Assembly (NCBI GenBank): GCA_052386995.1
Contig: JBQTJP010000023.1
Location: 1-36,402 of the forward strand
DNA length: 36,402 nt
Origin: Armatimonadota bacterium
GTDB lineage: Bacteria > Sysuimicrobiota > Sysuimicrobiia > Sysuimicrobiales > Humicultoraceae
Direction of reading: 5' to 3'
Each line of letters starts with the position of its first letter. Position 1 is the stretch's first letter. The position numbers were made by a program, and so were the translations under genes. Of the stretch, positions 1 to 7,508 are shown piece after piece. The notes under the pieces were generated by a model that was given only the letters and a program-made list of their open reading frames with translations, ran no database searches and was not told the DNA's origin.

Positions 1-431
1 TCCTCGACCGTGCGCCGGCGCGCGATCTCATCGAGGAGCCGCCTGGCGCGCGCCACGGCCCTGAGATCGACCTGACCTTTCAGATGTCCCGCTGTATGCT
101 CACTGAGACCGACCACGAGATCCGCAAGGACACGGCCCACGATGCGGGAGACGAATTCGTCGTGGGTGAGCGTCGGAAGGTATGCATACGCGGTCCCCTG
201 CTTCCGTACGCGCAAGAGGTTCTTGCGCGCCAGGCGCGCCATCGTTGTCATCACCGTCGTGTAAGCGATCTGCCGGCGGCGGGACAGGGCCTCGAAGACT
301 CCACGGACGGTGGTCGCCAGACCCGACGGCCGGGCCCAAACAACCTCCATGACCTCGGCCTCAAGGTCTCCCAGCACCTTACGGATGCCGGGGCGGTCAG
401 GCCGGAAGAGGGGGATGTCAGGGTCGGGCAC
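1..431 (-). CDS. BlaI/MecI/CopY family transcriptional repressor (3' end runs off the window; not in the ORF track)
   Basis: Manual translation from GTG431: VPDPDIPLFRPDRPGIRKVLGDLEAEVMEVVWARPSGLATTVRGVFEALSRRRQIAYTTVMTTMARLARKNLLRVRKQGTAYAYLPT. LGxLExEVM..W and AYTTVMT...RL..K..L are BlaI/CopY winged-helix signatures. An in-frame TTG at 440 is an alternative start. Confidence 0.9.
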   Translation of the reverse strand, partial: MPDPDIPLFRPDRPGIRKVLGDLEAEVMEVVWARPSGLATTVRGVFEALSRRRQIAYTTVMTTMARLARKNLLRVRKQGTAYAYLPTLTHDEFVSRIVGRVLADLVVGLSEHTAGHLKGQVDLRAVARARRLLDEIARRRTVE

Positions 432-477
432 GCGACGCAACCGGTCGCTTTCCCTGCGCGCGCCGGAGGCGCCAGGC

Positions 478-717
478 TTATCGGGGCTGTCGCGTCTCGC
501 CGGCATGACCTTCTGTATTGCGAGACTCGTGTGCAGAAGACTGGTCGGCCGTGCCCGGCCGTGCGGCCATCTGCCGCATGCCCAGGTACATCGCCGCAGG
601 GCAGGCCAGGAGCGCCAGCACGGAGATCAGCGCGCCCCAGGGCACGCCAAAGAGCAGGGCACCAACGATGGCGACCCCGAGCCCGACGAGGCAGACGATT
701 GCGTGGGTTCTCGTCAT
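478..717 (-). CDS. Small membrane protein, DUF2933-like (79 aa)
   Basis: Two hydrophobic segments followed by LLACPAAMYLGM, resembling the DUF2933 LLACPxxMxxMM motif seen in copper clusters. GAGGGG lies upstream of ATG717. Confidence 0.7.
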   Translation of the reverse strand: MTRTHAIVCLVGLGVAIVGALLFGVPWGALISVLALLACPAAMYLGMRQMAARPGTADQSSAHESRNTEGHAGETRQPR

Positions 718-751
718 CAAAGATGCGCCCCTCGCTGACGAAAGACCGTTC

Positions 752-792
752 CTTACAATCTTGCACCTGTATGCTACTATGGTCAATAGTAG
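752..792. promoter_or_regulatory. Divergent promoter region with palindromic BlaI/CopY-type operator CTACTAT-N5-ATAGTAG
   Basis: Perfect 7-5-7 inverted repeat (774-780/786-792). The left arm contains an extended -10 (TGcTACTAT) 17 bp after a -35-like CTTACA (752-757). It sits between divergent genes near the blaI/copY gene. Confidence 0.75.
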
Positions 793-837
793 ATTTGAGG
801 CCAGGCGGAGAGCCGTCACAAGGCGAGGTGGTCCACC

Positions 838-1158
838 ATGCGGTCAGCTGGCATGCTTGTCCTCGGGATCGTCATCGGCATTCTCATCGTTTTTGGAGGG
901 CTTCAAGTGGCGCAGGCGTTCGGTCAGGGCATGCGCGGGCCCATGGGGTCCATGGTGGGCCAAATGATGGGCCCGCAAGGCATGGCCGAGATGATGGGGC
1001 AGATGATGCGTGATCCACGGTTCATGCAATCCATGGCCGCGGCCTGCGCCCAAAGCATGAAAGACCCGACCGTGCTGCGCAACATGAAAGAATCCATGGA
1101 CGACCCACAGATGCGCCAGATGATGGAGCAGATGTACGACATGATGCGCCGCCGCTGA
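838..1158 (+). CDS. Exported or membrane-anchored methionine-rich protein (putative Cu/Ag binding)
   Basis: GAGGTG RBS; N-terminal hydrophobic signal ending AQA; 23 Met in 106 aa. Confidence 0.8.
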   Translation: MRSAGMLVLGIVIGILIVFGGLQVAQAFGQGMRGPMGSMVGQMMGPQGMAEMMGQMMRDPRFMQSMAAACAQSMKDPTVLRNMKESMDDPQMRQMMEQMYDMMRRR

Positions 1159-1179
1159 ACCGCGCCCCGAGGAGACCCG

Positions 1180-2172
1180 ATGGGCAAAGGCAACAAGGCC
1201 AGAAAACGCACACAACCGAGACACACGCGAACCGGGTGGTGGATCGCGGGCATTGCGCTGATCGCGCTCCTGGCCGGCGGCTCATTCGTCTACGTCACCC
1301 GACCGGGCGCTACAGCCGGGCCCCGCGAGGTTGCTGTCAGCCAGATCGAGCACACGCATGGCCTCGCCGTTGACCCCCTCCGTCCCGACATCCTCTGGAT
1401 CGGCACGCACGGCAGCCTGATCCGTGTGACCGGTGGGAAGCACTGGCACCGCATCGGGCCGCAGACGCACGACATGATGGGCTTCAACGTCCACCCCACT
1501 GAGCCTAACGTCCTGCTGACGAGCGGGCACCCCGGCTCCAGAGACCGACGGCCGAATCCCCTGGGTGTCGAGATCAGCCGCGACGGCGGACAGAGCTGGC
1601 AGCCGCTGGGCCTCACCGGTCTGGCCGACTTCCACGCCATGACGATCAGCCGCGCCGAACCGAAAGTGCTGTGGGCGTGGAACGTGTCCGGGCGTCCGGG
1701 CCTGTATCGGAGCCAGGACGGCGGACGGCAGTGGGAGTATCTTGGCGACCCCGGACTACGGGGGGTCTTCTCTCTTGCCGCGCATCCCCAGCGGCCAAAC
1801 GTCGTGCTCGCGGGGACCGCGCGTGGGCTGTTCATAAGCGAGGATGCTGGAAGATCGTGGCGGCCGTTTGGCGAAGCCCTTTCCGGCCCGCCGGTTACCG
1901 TGATCGAGGTTCATCCAAAGAATCCACAGATCAAGTACGCCTATGCCGCAAAGCCCGACCTCGGCCTGATCCGCAGCGAAGATGGAGGGAAGCAGTGGAT
2001 CGCCACGGGCTTCTTCCTCGGCGACCAGGACGCGATCAGCAATCTGGCCCTGGATCCGACCGATCCCCAGATCCTCTACTTTGCCACGCACGGTGGCGAT
2101 ATCTATCGATCACGGGACGGGGGGAAGACACGAGAGCGCTGGGTCGCCGGGGGCCAAGTTGTGGCCCCTTAG
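1180..2172 (+). CDS. Membrane-anchored BNR/Asp-box beta-propeller protein (F510_1955-like)
   Basis: AGGAG RBS; TM helix; repeated SxDGGxxW Asp boxes; HTHGLAVDP, DMMGF, SGHP and DFHAM motifs. Confidence 0.85.
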   Translation: MGKGNKARKRTQPRHTRTGWWIAGIALIALLAGGSFVYVTRPGATAGPREVAVSQIEHTHGLAVDPLRPDILWIGTHGSLIRVTGGKHWHRIGPQTHDMMGFNVHPTEPNVLLTSGHPGSRDRRPNPLGVEISRDGGQSWQPLGLTGLADFHAMTISRAEPKVLWAWNVSGRPGLYRSQDGGRQWEYLGDPGLRGVFSLAAHPQRPNVVLAGTARGLFISEDAGRSWRPFGEALSGPPVTVIEVHPKNPQIKYAYAAKPDLGLIRSEDGGKQWIATGFFLGDQDAISNLALDPTDPQILYFATHGGDIYRSRDGGKTRERWVAGGQVVAP

Positions 2173-2200
2173 GCGAGAACGTGTCCGCCGATGGTCCGGA

Positions 2201-4498
2201 GTGCCGCTGACTCGTGATCTGATCGCGGCATTCGTTCTCATTACTGCTTCGCTGTTTGGCGGAACCCCCCAGGCCGATGCTCATGCGGTCCTGGAGCGCT
2301 CCGACCCTCCTGCCTACCGCCTTGTCCTGAAGCCACCCGAAAGCTTCACGCTGTTCTTCTCTGAGCCCATAGACGGTCGCCGCACCGACATCAGGGTGCT
2401 CGACCAGGACGGTCGGAGCATCAGCCAGCAGAGCTTTCAGGTCTCTGGGGACCAACGGCGGGCCCGTCTCCCCGTGCGCCTGCCTGGTCCCGGCATCTAC
2501 ACGGTGTCGTGGAGGACTCTTTCGCTCGTCGATCAGCACACCTACGAAGGCTTCTTCACCATCACGGTGGGGCCGCTGCGGCCGGGTTCGTTCATCCTCC
2601 GGGCCGGCGCGGCCGCCGTTCCGTCGCCGTGGGAGGTCGCGGCGCGCTGGCTCATGTTCCTGGGCGCGGCGGTCCTGGGCGGCGGCTTTCTGATCCACCG
2701 ATTTCTCCTTCCCCCAGCCGTGCACTCGAGCGTCTCGCGGCCGGCGGAAGACTGGGTTGAGAATCTTCAGCATCGATGGCGTGCCGCCGCATGGCTTGGT
2801 GCTACCGGCTTTGTCTTGGGGGCCATTGGCGAGCTGGCCTTGCAGGCGATGCGCGCGGCGCAGGCCGCTGGCGAAAGCCTGGGGGCGTCTCTTGTGCTCG
2901 TTGCAACCGCCGAACCTGTACGTACATCGTTGCTGTTCAAGATTGCCGTGCCTCTCGGACTGCTTATTCTCGCGTGGCGCGCTGGCCCGGCCATAGAGCC
3001 AACTCCGCCGATCAGCCACAGCGAGCCCGGCCTTATTCGAAAGGCGACCGCGTCCGCCGAACTCCTGATGCTAGCTCTGTTGCCCCTTGGCATCAGCCTG
3101 AGCGGCCATGCCGCTGCCGCGCAGTCTCCTCTCCCCCTGTTCGCCGACTGGTTGCACCTGCTGAGCGCGGCCTTGTGGGTGGGAGGCCTGCTGCATGTGG
3201 CTACGGTCCTCAGGCCCGCGCTGGCGCGCGTCGATGGGCAGGAGCGGATCACGATTCTCGGGTCGCTTGTCCCACGGTTCTCGAACCTGGCGTTCGTCTC
3301 GGTGGCTGTTCTGGTCGCAACAGGCATCTACGCCACCTGGGTCAATGTGCCGGGGCTTAGTGCTGTGCCTACCACCACCTACGGGCGCACCCTTGCCATC
3401 AAGCTTGTCCTCCTGGTACCGCTTCTGACCATCGCGGCCGTGAATCTGCTATCGACACGGCCACGCCTCGTGCAGGCCGCCAGGTCCGGGACCGCCGGCA
3501 CGGTGACCGCGACGCTCCACGGGAGATTCTTCAGGCTGATCCGCGCCGAGAGTGTCCTGGCTTCCTCCGTCCTGCTCGTGGCGGCCACACTCGCCCTTCT
3601 GCCTACCAGCCGGCAGGTGCAGGCACTCTCACCGTTCGGGGGCCCATTTGTTCTCGTGAGGAAGGCTGCGGTGCTGAACACACGCCTGCAAATCGACCCG
3701 TATCAGGTCGGGGAGAATACCTTCACGCTGACGCTGCAAGACCATGAAGGGGCTCCAGTCCGGGACGCCCGGGTTCGGTTCACGTTCACGCCGCTTAGTG
3801 GGCGCCTGGGAACAGCCAGCGCGGAGGCCGGGGGTCAGGGGGATGGGCACTTCGTTTTGAGTGGCGCGTATATCGGCACGCGCGGCCCGTGGACGATCAC
3901 GGTGACCGTCCGGCTTCGCGGCAAAGAAGACGCTCAGTTTCTCTTCCCCGTAGAGCCTGACTGGGCACGAGGAACTCCGATCGCTTCGCCCACCGACCCC
4001 CAGGCTTTCGCCCTCCTGCGTGCGGGCGACGATGCCATGAACCGCCTGCGGGGCCTCCGGCAGCGCCAGGATCTCACCGACGGCCTGGGCGGTAGTGTCA
4101 CAACGGTTTCTGAGTTCGCCGCGCCCGATGCAATGCGCTTCCAGGTTGTCGGCGGCCTCGAGGGCGTGTTTCTCGGCGAAAGGAGGTTTCTCAACGAAGG
4201 CGGCGCGTGGCGTCAGCTAGAGGGCCTGGACGCGCCATTCAAGTTCCCTAACTCCAAGTTTGCAAGGAACGCGGAAAGCGTGCTCTTCGGTCCTCGCGAA
4301 ATGATCGGCAATTCCCAGGCGCAGGCCGTCGTATTCGTCCTCAGATCCGGGGGCGCAAAGGCGCGGTATGTGGTGTGGATCGACGAAAAGAGCCGCCTGA
4401 TCGTCCGTGAGGCGATGGTCGCCCCCGGCCATTACATGCTGTCCCACAATCATGACTTCAATGCTCCCGTGAAGATATCACCCCCATTTCTCCGCTAA
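2201..4498 (+). CDS. CopC-CopD fusion with YtkA/FixH-like domain and C-terminal LolA/LppX-like domain (start approximate)
   Basis: Signal peptide followed by AHAVLERSDP...YTVSWRTLSLVDQH (CopC). LSGHAAA, DWLHLLSAALWVGGL, RFSNLA and YGRTLAIKL match CopD. IDPYQVGENTF...GPWTITVTVR is YtkA-like. An extra ~170 aa domain follows at the C-terminus. Confidence 0.9.
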   Translation: MPLTRDLIAAFVLITASLFGGTPQADAHAVLERSDPPAYRLVLKPPESFTLFFSEPIDGRRTDIRVLDQDGRSISQQSFQVSGDQRRARLPVRLPGPGIYTVSWRTLSLVDQHTYEGFFTITVGPLRPGSFILRAGAAAVPSPWEVAARWLMFLGAAVLGGGFLIHRFLLPPAVHSSVSRPAEDWVENLQHRWRAAAWLGATGFVLGAIGELALQAMRAAQAAGESLGASLVLVATAEPVRTSLLFKIAVPLGLLILAWRAGPAIEPTPPISHSEPGLIRKATASAELLMLALLPLGISLSGHAAAAQSPLPLFADWLHLLSAALWVGGLLHVATVLRPALARVDGQERITILGSLVPRFSNLAFVSVAVLVATGIYATWVNVPGLSAVPTTTYGRTLAIKLVLLVPLLTIAAVNLLSTRPRLVQAARSGTAGTVTATLHGRFFRLIRAESVLASSVLLVAATLALLPTSRQVQALSPFGGPFVLVRKAAVLNTRLQIDPYQVGENTFTLTLQDHEGAPVRDARVRFTFTPLSGRLGTASAEAGGQGDGHFVLSGAYIGTRGPWTITVTVRLRGKEDAQFLFPVEPDWARGTPIASPTDPQAFALLRAGDDAMNRLRGLRQRQDLTDGLGGSVTTVSEFAAPDAMRFQVVGGLEGVFLGERRFLNEGGAWRQLEGLDAPFKFPNSKFARNAESVLFGPREMIGNSQAQAVVFVLRSGGAKARYVVWIDEKSRLIVREAMVAPGHYMLSHNHDFNAPVKISPPFLR

Positions 4499-4503
4499 GA
4501 TTG

Positions 4504-4617
4504 GCCGCCCCCCCGGCCATTGACATGCCAGTCCACTGGAAGGTCTATCATTCGGTTGGGTGATGGCCAGATGCGTATGCGGTTTGAGTTCATTCGTAGC
4601 GCGAAGGGCCTGGGGGT
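4504..4617 (+). repeat. Diverged direct repeat of the merR promoter and 5' gene region (other copy at 5823-5896 plus 6023-6061)
   Basis: 4504-4578 aligns to 5823-5896 with 9 mismatches and 1 gap (manual count). 4579-4617 aligns to 6023-6061 at 37/39. Confidence 0.95.
4520..4551 (+). promoter_or_regulatory. MerR-type promoter P1 (TTGACA-20 bp-TATCAT) with dyad operator
   Basis: TTGACA tgCCAGTccACTGGaaggtc TATCAT: over-long spacer containing an inverted repeat. Confidence 0.9.
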
Positions 4618-4657
4618 CATGGCCACCAATATCGCCGGGCTTCTCGATCTGCGGTAG
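4571..4657 (+). pseudogene. Internally deleted merR remnant or 28-codon minigene (MRMRFEFIRSAKGLGVMATNIAGLLDLR)
   Basis: Homologous to merR at 5889 with a 126-nt in-frame deletion. Its TAG directly abuts the GTG of the MFS gene. Confidence 0.8.
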
Positions 4658-5794
4658 GTGGCAGCGCTCCCCTTCTTGCTGGCGGCCATCTTTCTGGATC
4701 TGTTTGGCCTCGGTCTGATCCGGCCGGTCCTCCCCCTGTTCGTTCAGTCCGTGTTCGGTGCCAGCATCGTACAGGTGAGCTGGATTCCCGCGGCCTTCGG
4801 GATCGGCAAACTGCTCGCCGACCTCCCCGCCGGGCTGCTCATGGATCGCATGGGGCGCGCGCGTCTGATGGCCGCTGGGCTTCTCCTCGTGGCCACGGTG
4901 GACGTGCTAAGCGCCGTGGAACTCCACTTCTCTCGATTTCTCGTCTTGCGGTGGCTCGCCGGCCTTGGCTTCGGGTTTTTCGTGACGACGGCCGCTGCCG
5001 CGGTCCTGGACGTGGCCCCGGCGGCCGGCCGCGGGCGCTATGTGGGTTGGTACCTCCTCGTCGGCGACCTCGGCGCGGTGCTCGGGGCGAGTGCCGGAGG
5101 GTGGATGTACGAAGACGCCGGCGTTCGCGCGCCGTTCTTCGCCAAGGCCCTGGTCGCCGGCATGGGTGCTCTGGTTGTCGCATCGGCTCCCCTGCACGGC
5201 TCACGACGAGACGAGCCCGGCGCTGGAATGGCGGCCAGGGCGGTTCGTCTCCCGGACCTGATTCGGATCTCTGTCGTCAACATGGTCCTGTTCATGGCCG
5301 ATGTGGGCATTCTGGCCGTTCTCTTGCCGCTGTTCCTCGGCGCGAGAGGGCTGTCCCCGCAAGGGATTGGGCTGTTTGTCGCGCTCGTCGCCGCGGCGCA
5401 GATCGCGGCCTTGTTCGTGGGAAGCCGGCTGGCCGACCGCTGGGGCAGGATCGCCGTCCTGGCCCCGGCTCTTCTGGTCTACGCGGGTGGCCTGCTGGCA
5501 CTGTCTGCAGGCGCCGGCCCGTGGCAATTCGTGCTCGCGACGCTCACGATCGGCGCGGGCTCCGGGGCGGCGCGGGCGGTGCCCGGCGCGCTGGTGGGCG
5601 ATCTCGCGCCCGCTCCCCTCCGCGGCGTGGTGATGGGAGTCTTTCGCACATTCACGGACGTGGGTATGATCGCCGGTCCAGTCCTGCTGGGATGGTCCGC
5701 TTCAGTCGCAGGTTTCACGATCGCCTTCTGGACCGCCGCTGCGGGCTTAGTGCTGGCGATCCCTCTGCTCGTTGGGATTCGCCGTGTGGCCTGA
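4658..5794 (+). CDS. MFS transporter (DHA1-like)
   Basis: About 12 hydrophobic segments; motif A GLLMDRMGR and its repeat SRLADRWGR. Confidence 0.9.
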   Translation: MAALPFLLAAIFLDLFGLGLIRPVLPLFVQSVFGASIVQVSWIPAAFGIGKLLADLPAGLLMDRMGRARLMAAGLLLVATVDVLSAVELHFSRFLVLRWLAGLGFGFFVTTAAAAVLDVAPAAGRGRYVGWYLLVGDLGAVLGASAGGWMYEDAGVRAPFFAKALVAGMGALVVASAPLHGSRRDEPGAGMAARAVRLPDLIRISVVNMVLFMADVGILAVLLPLFLGARGLSPQGIGLFVALVAAAQIAALFVGSRLADRWGRIAVLAPALLVYAGGLLALSAGAGPWQFVLATLTIGAGSGAARAVPGALVGDLAPAPLRGVVMGVFRTFTDVGMIAGPVLLGWSASVAGFTIAFWTAAAGLVLAIPLLVGIRRVA

Positions 5795-5838
5795 GTCCAC
5801 GCCCACTCCTCCGCTGGGACGAGCCGCCCCTCGGGTCA

Positions 5839-5870
5839 TTGACATTCCAGTCCACTGGAGAGTCTATCAT
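5839..5870 (+). promoter_or_regulatory. MerR-type promoter P2 upstream of merR
   Basis: TTGACA tTCCAGTccACTGGAgagtc TATCAT; 20-bp spacer. Confidence 0.9.
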
Positions 5871-5888
5871 CATGTTGGGTGATGGCAG

Positions 5889-6350
5889 ATGCGTATCGGG
5901 GAGTTCGCGAAGGAAGCCGGGGTCAATCCTAAGACCGTCCGATACTATGAAGAGCTTGGACTGCTGCCTCCGGCCCCCCGCACCGAGTCTGGCTATCGGC
6001 AGTATGCGGAGAAAGACATTGAGCGGCTTGAGTTCATTCGGAGCGCGAAGGGCCTGGGGGTTTCTTTAGACGAGATCAAGGAGGTTTTGGCGTTTCGGGA
6101 CCGCGGCACCTATCCGTGTCCCTACGTACTGACGCTGATCAACGCGAAGGTGGAAGAGATCGAGTTGCGGATTCAGGGGCTGCGGATGCTGGCCCGGGAT
6201 CTGAGACGTCTTCGGAAGGCAGCGGATTCGATCCCCCCCAAGGAAAGCGCCAAAAAGGCTCGGTTCTGTCACATCATCGAGAACCAGAAACTTCTCCAGC
6301 CCTTGGAGCGACGGCTGGCGCGGAAGAACCTGCGGGGAGCTGGGCCTTGA
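5889..6350 (+). CDS. MerR-family heavy-metal-responsive transcriptional regulator
   Basis: MRIGEFAKEAGVNPKTVRYYEELGLL..RTESGYRQY HTH; YPCP Cys at the start of the dimerisation helix; C-terminal FCHII. Confidence 0.95.
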   Translation: MRIGEFAKEAGVNPKTVRYYEELGLLPPAPRTESGYRQYAEKDIERLEFIRSAKGLGVSLDEIKEVLAFRDRGTYPCPYVLTLINAKVEEIELRIQGLRMLARDLRRLRKAADSIPPKESAKKARFCHIIENQKLLQPLERRLARKNLRGAGP

Positions 6351-6378
6351 CATTCCAGTCGACCGGAAGGTGTAGGGT
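6347..6378 (+). promoter_or_regulatory. MerR-type promoter P3 overlapping the merR stop codon
   Basis: TTGACA TTCCaGTcgACcGGAAggtg TAGGGT; 20-bp spacer; GGAGGTG RBS follows. Confidence 0.85.
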
Positions 6379-6399
6379 GGCTGTGGAGGTGAGACACCG

Positions 6400-7488
6400 A
6401 TGGCAACTCAAACCCTGAGGGTGCCGGATATCCACTGTGAGGGCTGCCTACACAGCATCGGTCATACCCTTGGTGGCCTTCCAGGGGTCCAAGACGTTGA
6501 AGGAGATGCTAAGCAGAAGATTATCCAGGTGGAATACCATCCAGAGATTGTCTCCCTGGCGGCCATCACGCATGCACTCGCCGAGGCCGGATTTCCTGTG
6601 GAGGGTGAGCGGGCTCGTTCGACTGCAAGGCAATGGGGGCTGGGGCTTCTAGCCATCTTGGGGGGCGTCGTTCTTGGTTGGTTTGGCTATCGCCTGGGCT
6701 TCTGGGGCTTCGTGACGTCCATCGCCATGCCCCAAGCGTTTGCGCAGTACAATCTCCTCGTCCTCTCCGCGGCTGCAGGGGTTGCAGCGTTCTTCTCGCC
6801 CTGTGTCTTTCCGCTTCTTCCCAGCTATGTGACCCATGATCTGGGGCTCCATGGACGGAGTGGTAACCGCTGGGCTCGCTCCCTTGCGCTGGGCGCCGCC
6901 GCCGCCCTGGGGGTGATTGCAGTGAACCTCGCGATCGGAGCGGTCATCGCCGTACTAGGCAAGGCAACGCCGTTCCAACCCGATCCGCGGAAGGACCCGA
7001 CGGCCATTCTCATGATCCGCACGCTGGCGGGCGTGGCTATCGCGGGTCTCGGCGTACTCACATTGACCGGGCGCTCGTTGCCCGCGGTCCTGCTGGCCAA
7101 GATCACCCCATCCCCTGGGGCAAACCCCTCAAGAGGCCTCCAACGCCTGTTCTTCTACGGGGTCTTCTACAATGCGGCGGGCATCGGCTGCACCGGCCCG
7201 ATTCTACTGTCGGTCATGCTCTTCGCCTTGACTGCCGGGAGCGCTGGCGCGGCCTTGGGGGCGTTCCTGGTATTCTCCCTGACGATGGGGGCGTTGATGC
7301 TGGGTGTGACAGTCCTCGCCGGCCTCTCCCAGACGATGCTGGTACAGCGACTTCGCCTTGCGACGCCGTTCCTTCATCGCCTCGGAGGCGTGGTCATGAT
7401 CCTCGTCGGAGGTTATACTGCGATCTCGCTTGCCACGGGGCCGGGGCGTGAGATCTTCGTCCGGATCTTCCTTCCGTTCCTGCGATGA
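6400..7488 (+). CDS. HMA (CopZ-like) domain fused to CcdA/DsbD transmembrane domain
   Basis: N-terminal VPDIHCEGC HMA motif; FFSPCVFPLLPSY and GIGCTGPIL are the two redox Cys motifs of CcdA/DsbD-beta. Confidence 0.9.
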   Translation: MATQTLRVPDIHCEGCLHSIGHTLGGLPGVQDVEGDAKQKIIQVEYHPEIVSLAAITHALAEAGFPVEGERARSTARQWGLGLLAILGGVVLGWFGYRLGFWGFVTSIAMPQAFAQYNLLVLSAAAGVAAFFSPCVFPLLPSYVTHDLGLHGRSGNRWARSLALGAAAALGVIAVNLAIGAVIAVLGKATPFQPDPRKDPTAILMIRTLAGVAIAGLGVLTLTGRSLPAVLLAKITPSPGANPSRGLQRLFFYGVFYNAAGIGCTGPILLSVMLFALTAGSAGAALGAFLVFSLTMGALMLGVTVLAGLSQTMLVQRLRLATPFLHRLGGVVMILVGGYTAISLATGPGREIFVRIFLPFLR

Positions 7489-7508
7489 AGCCCCAGGGAG
7501 GAGGCCAA

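Noticed and set aside
84..1013. 309-aa + strand ORF and the many other long overlapping ORFs in the track
   Set aside because: They are antisense or alternate-frame shadows of recognisable genes, with Arg/Pro/Ala-rich composition typical of high-GC DNA.
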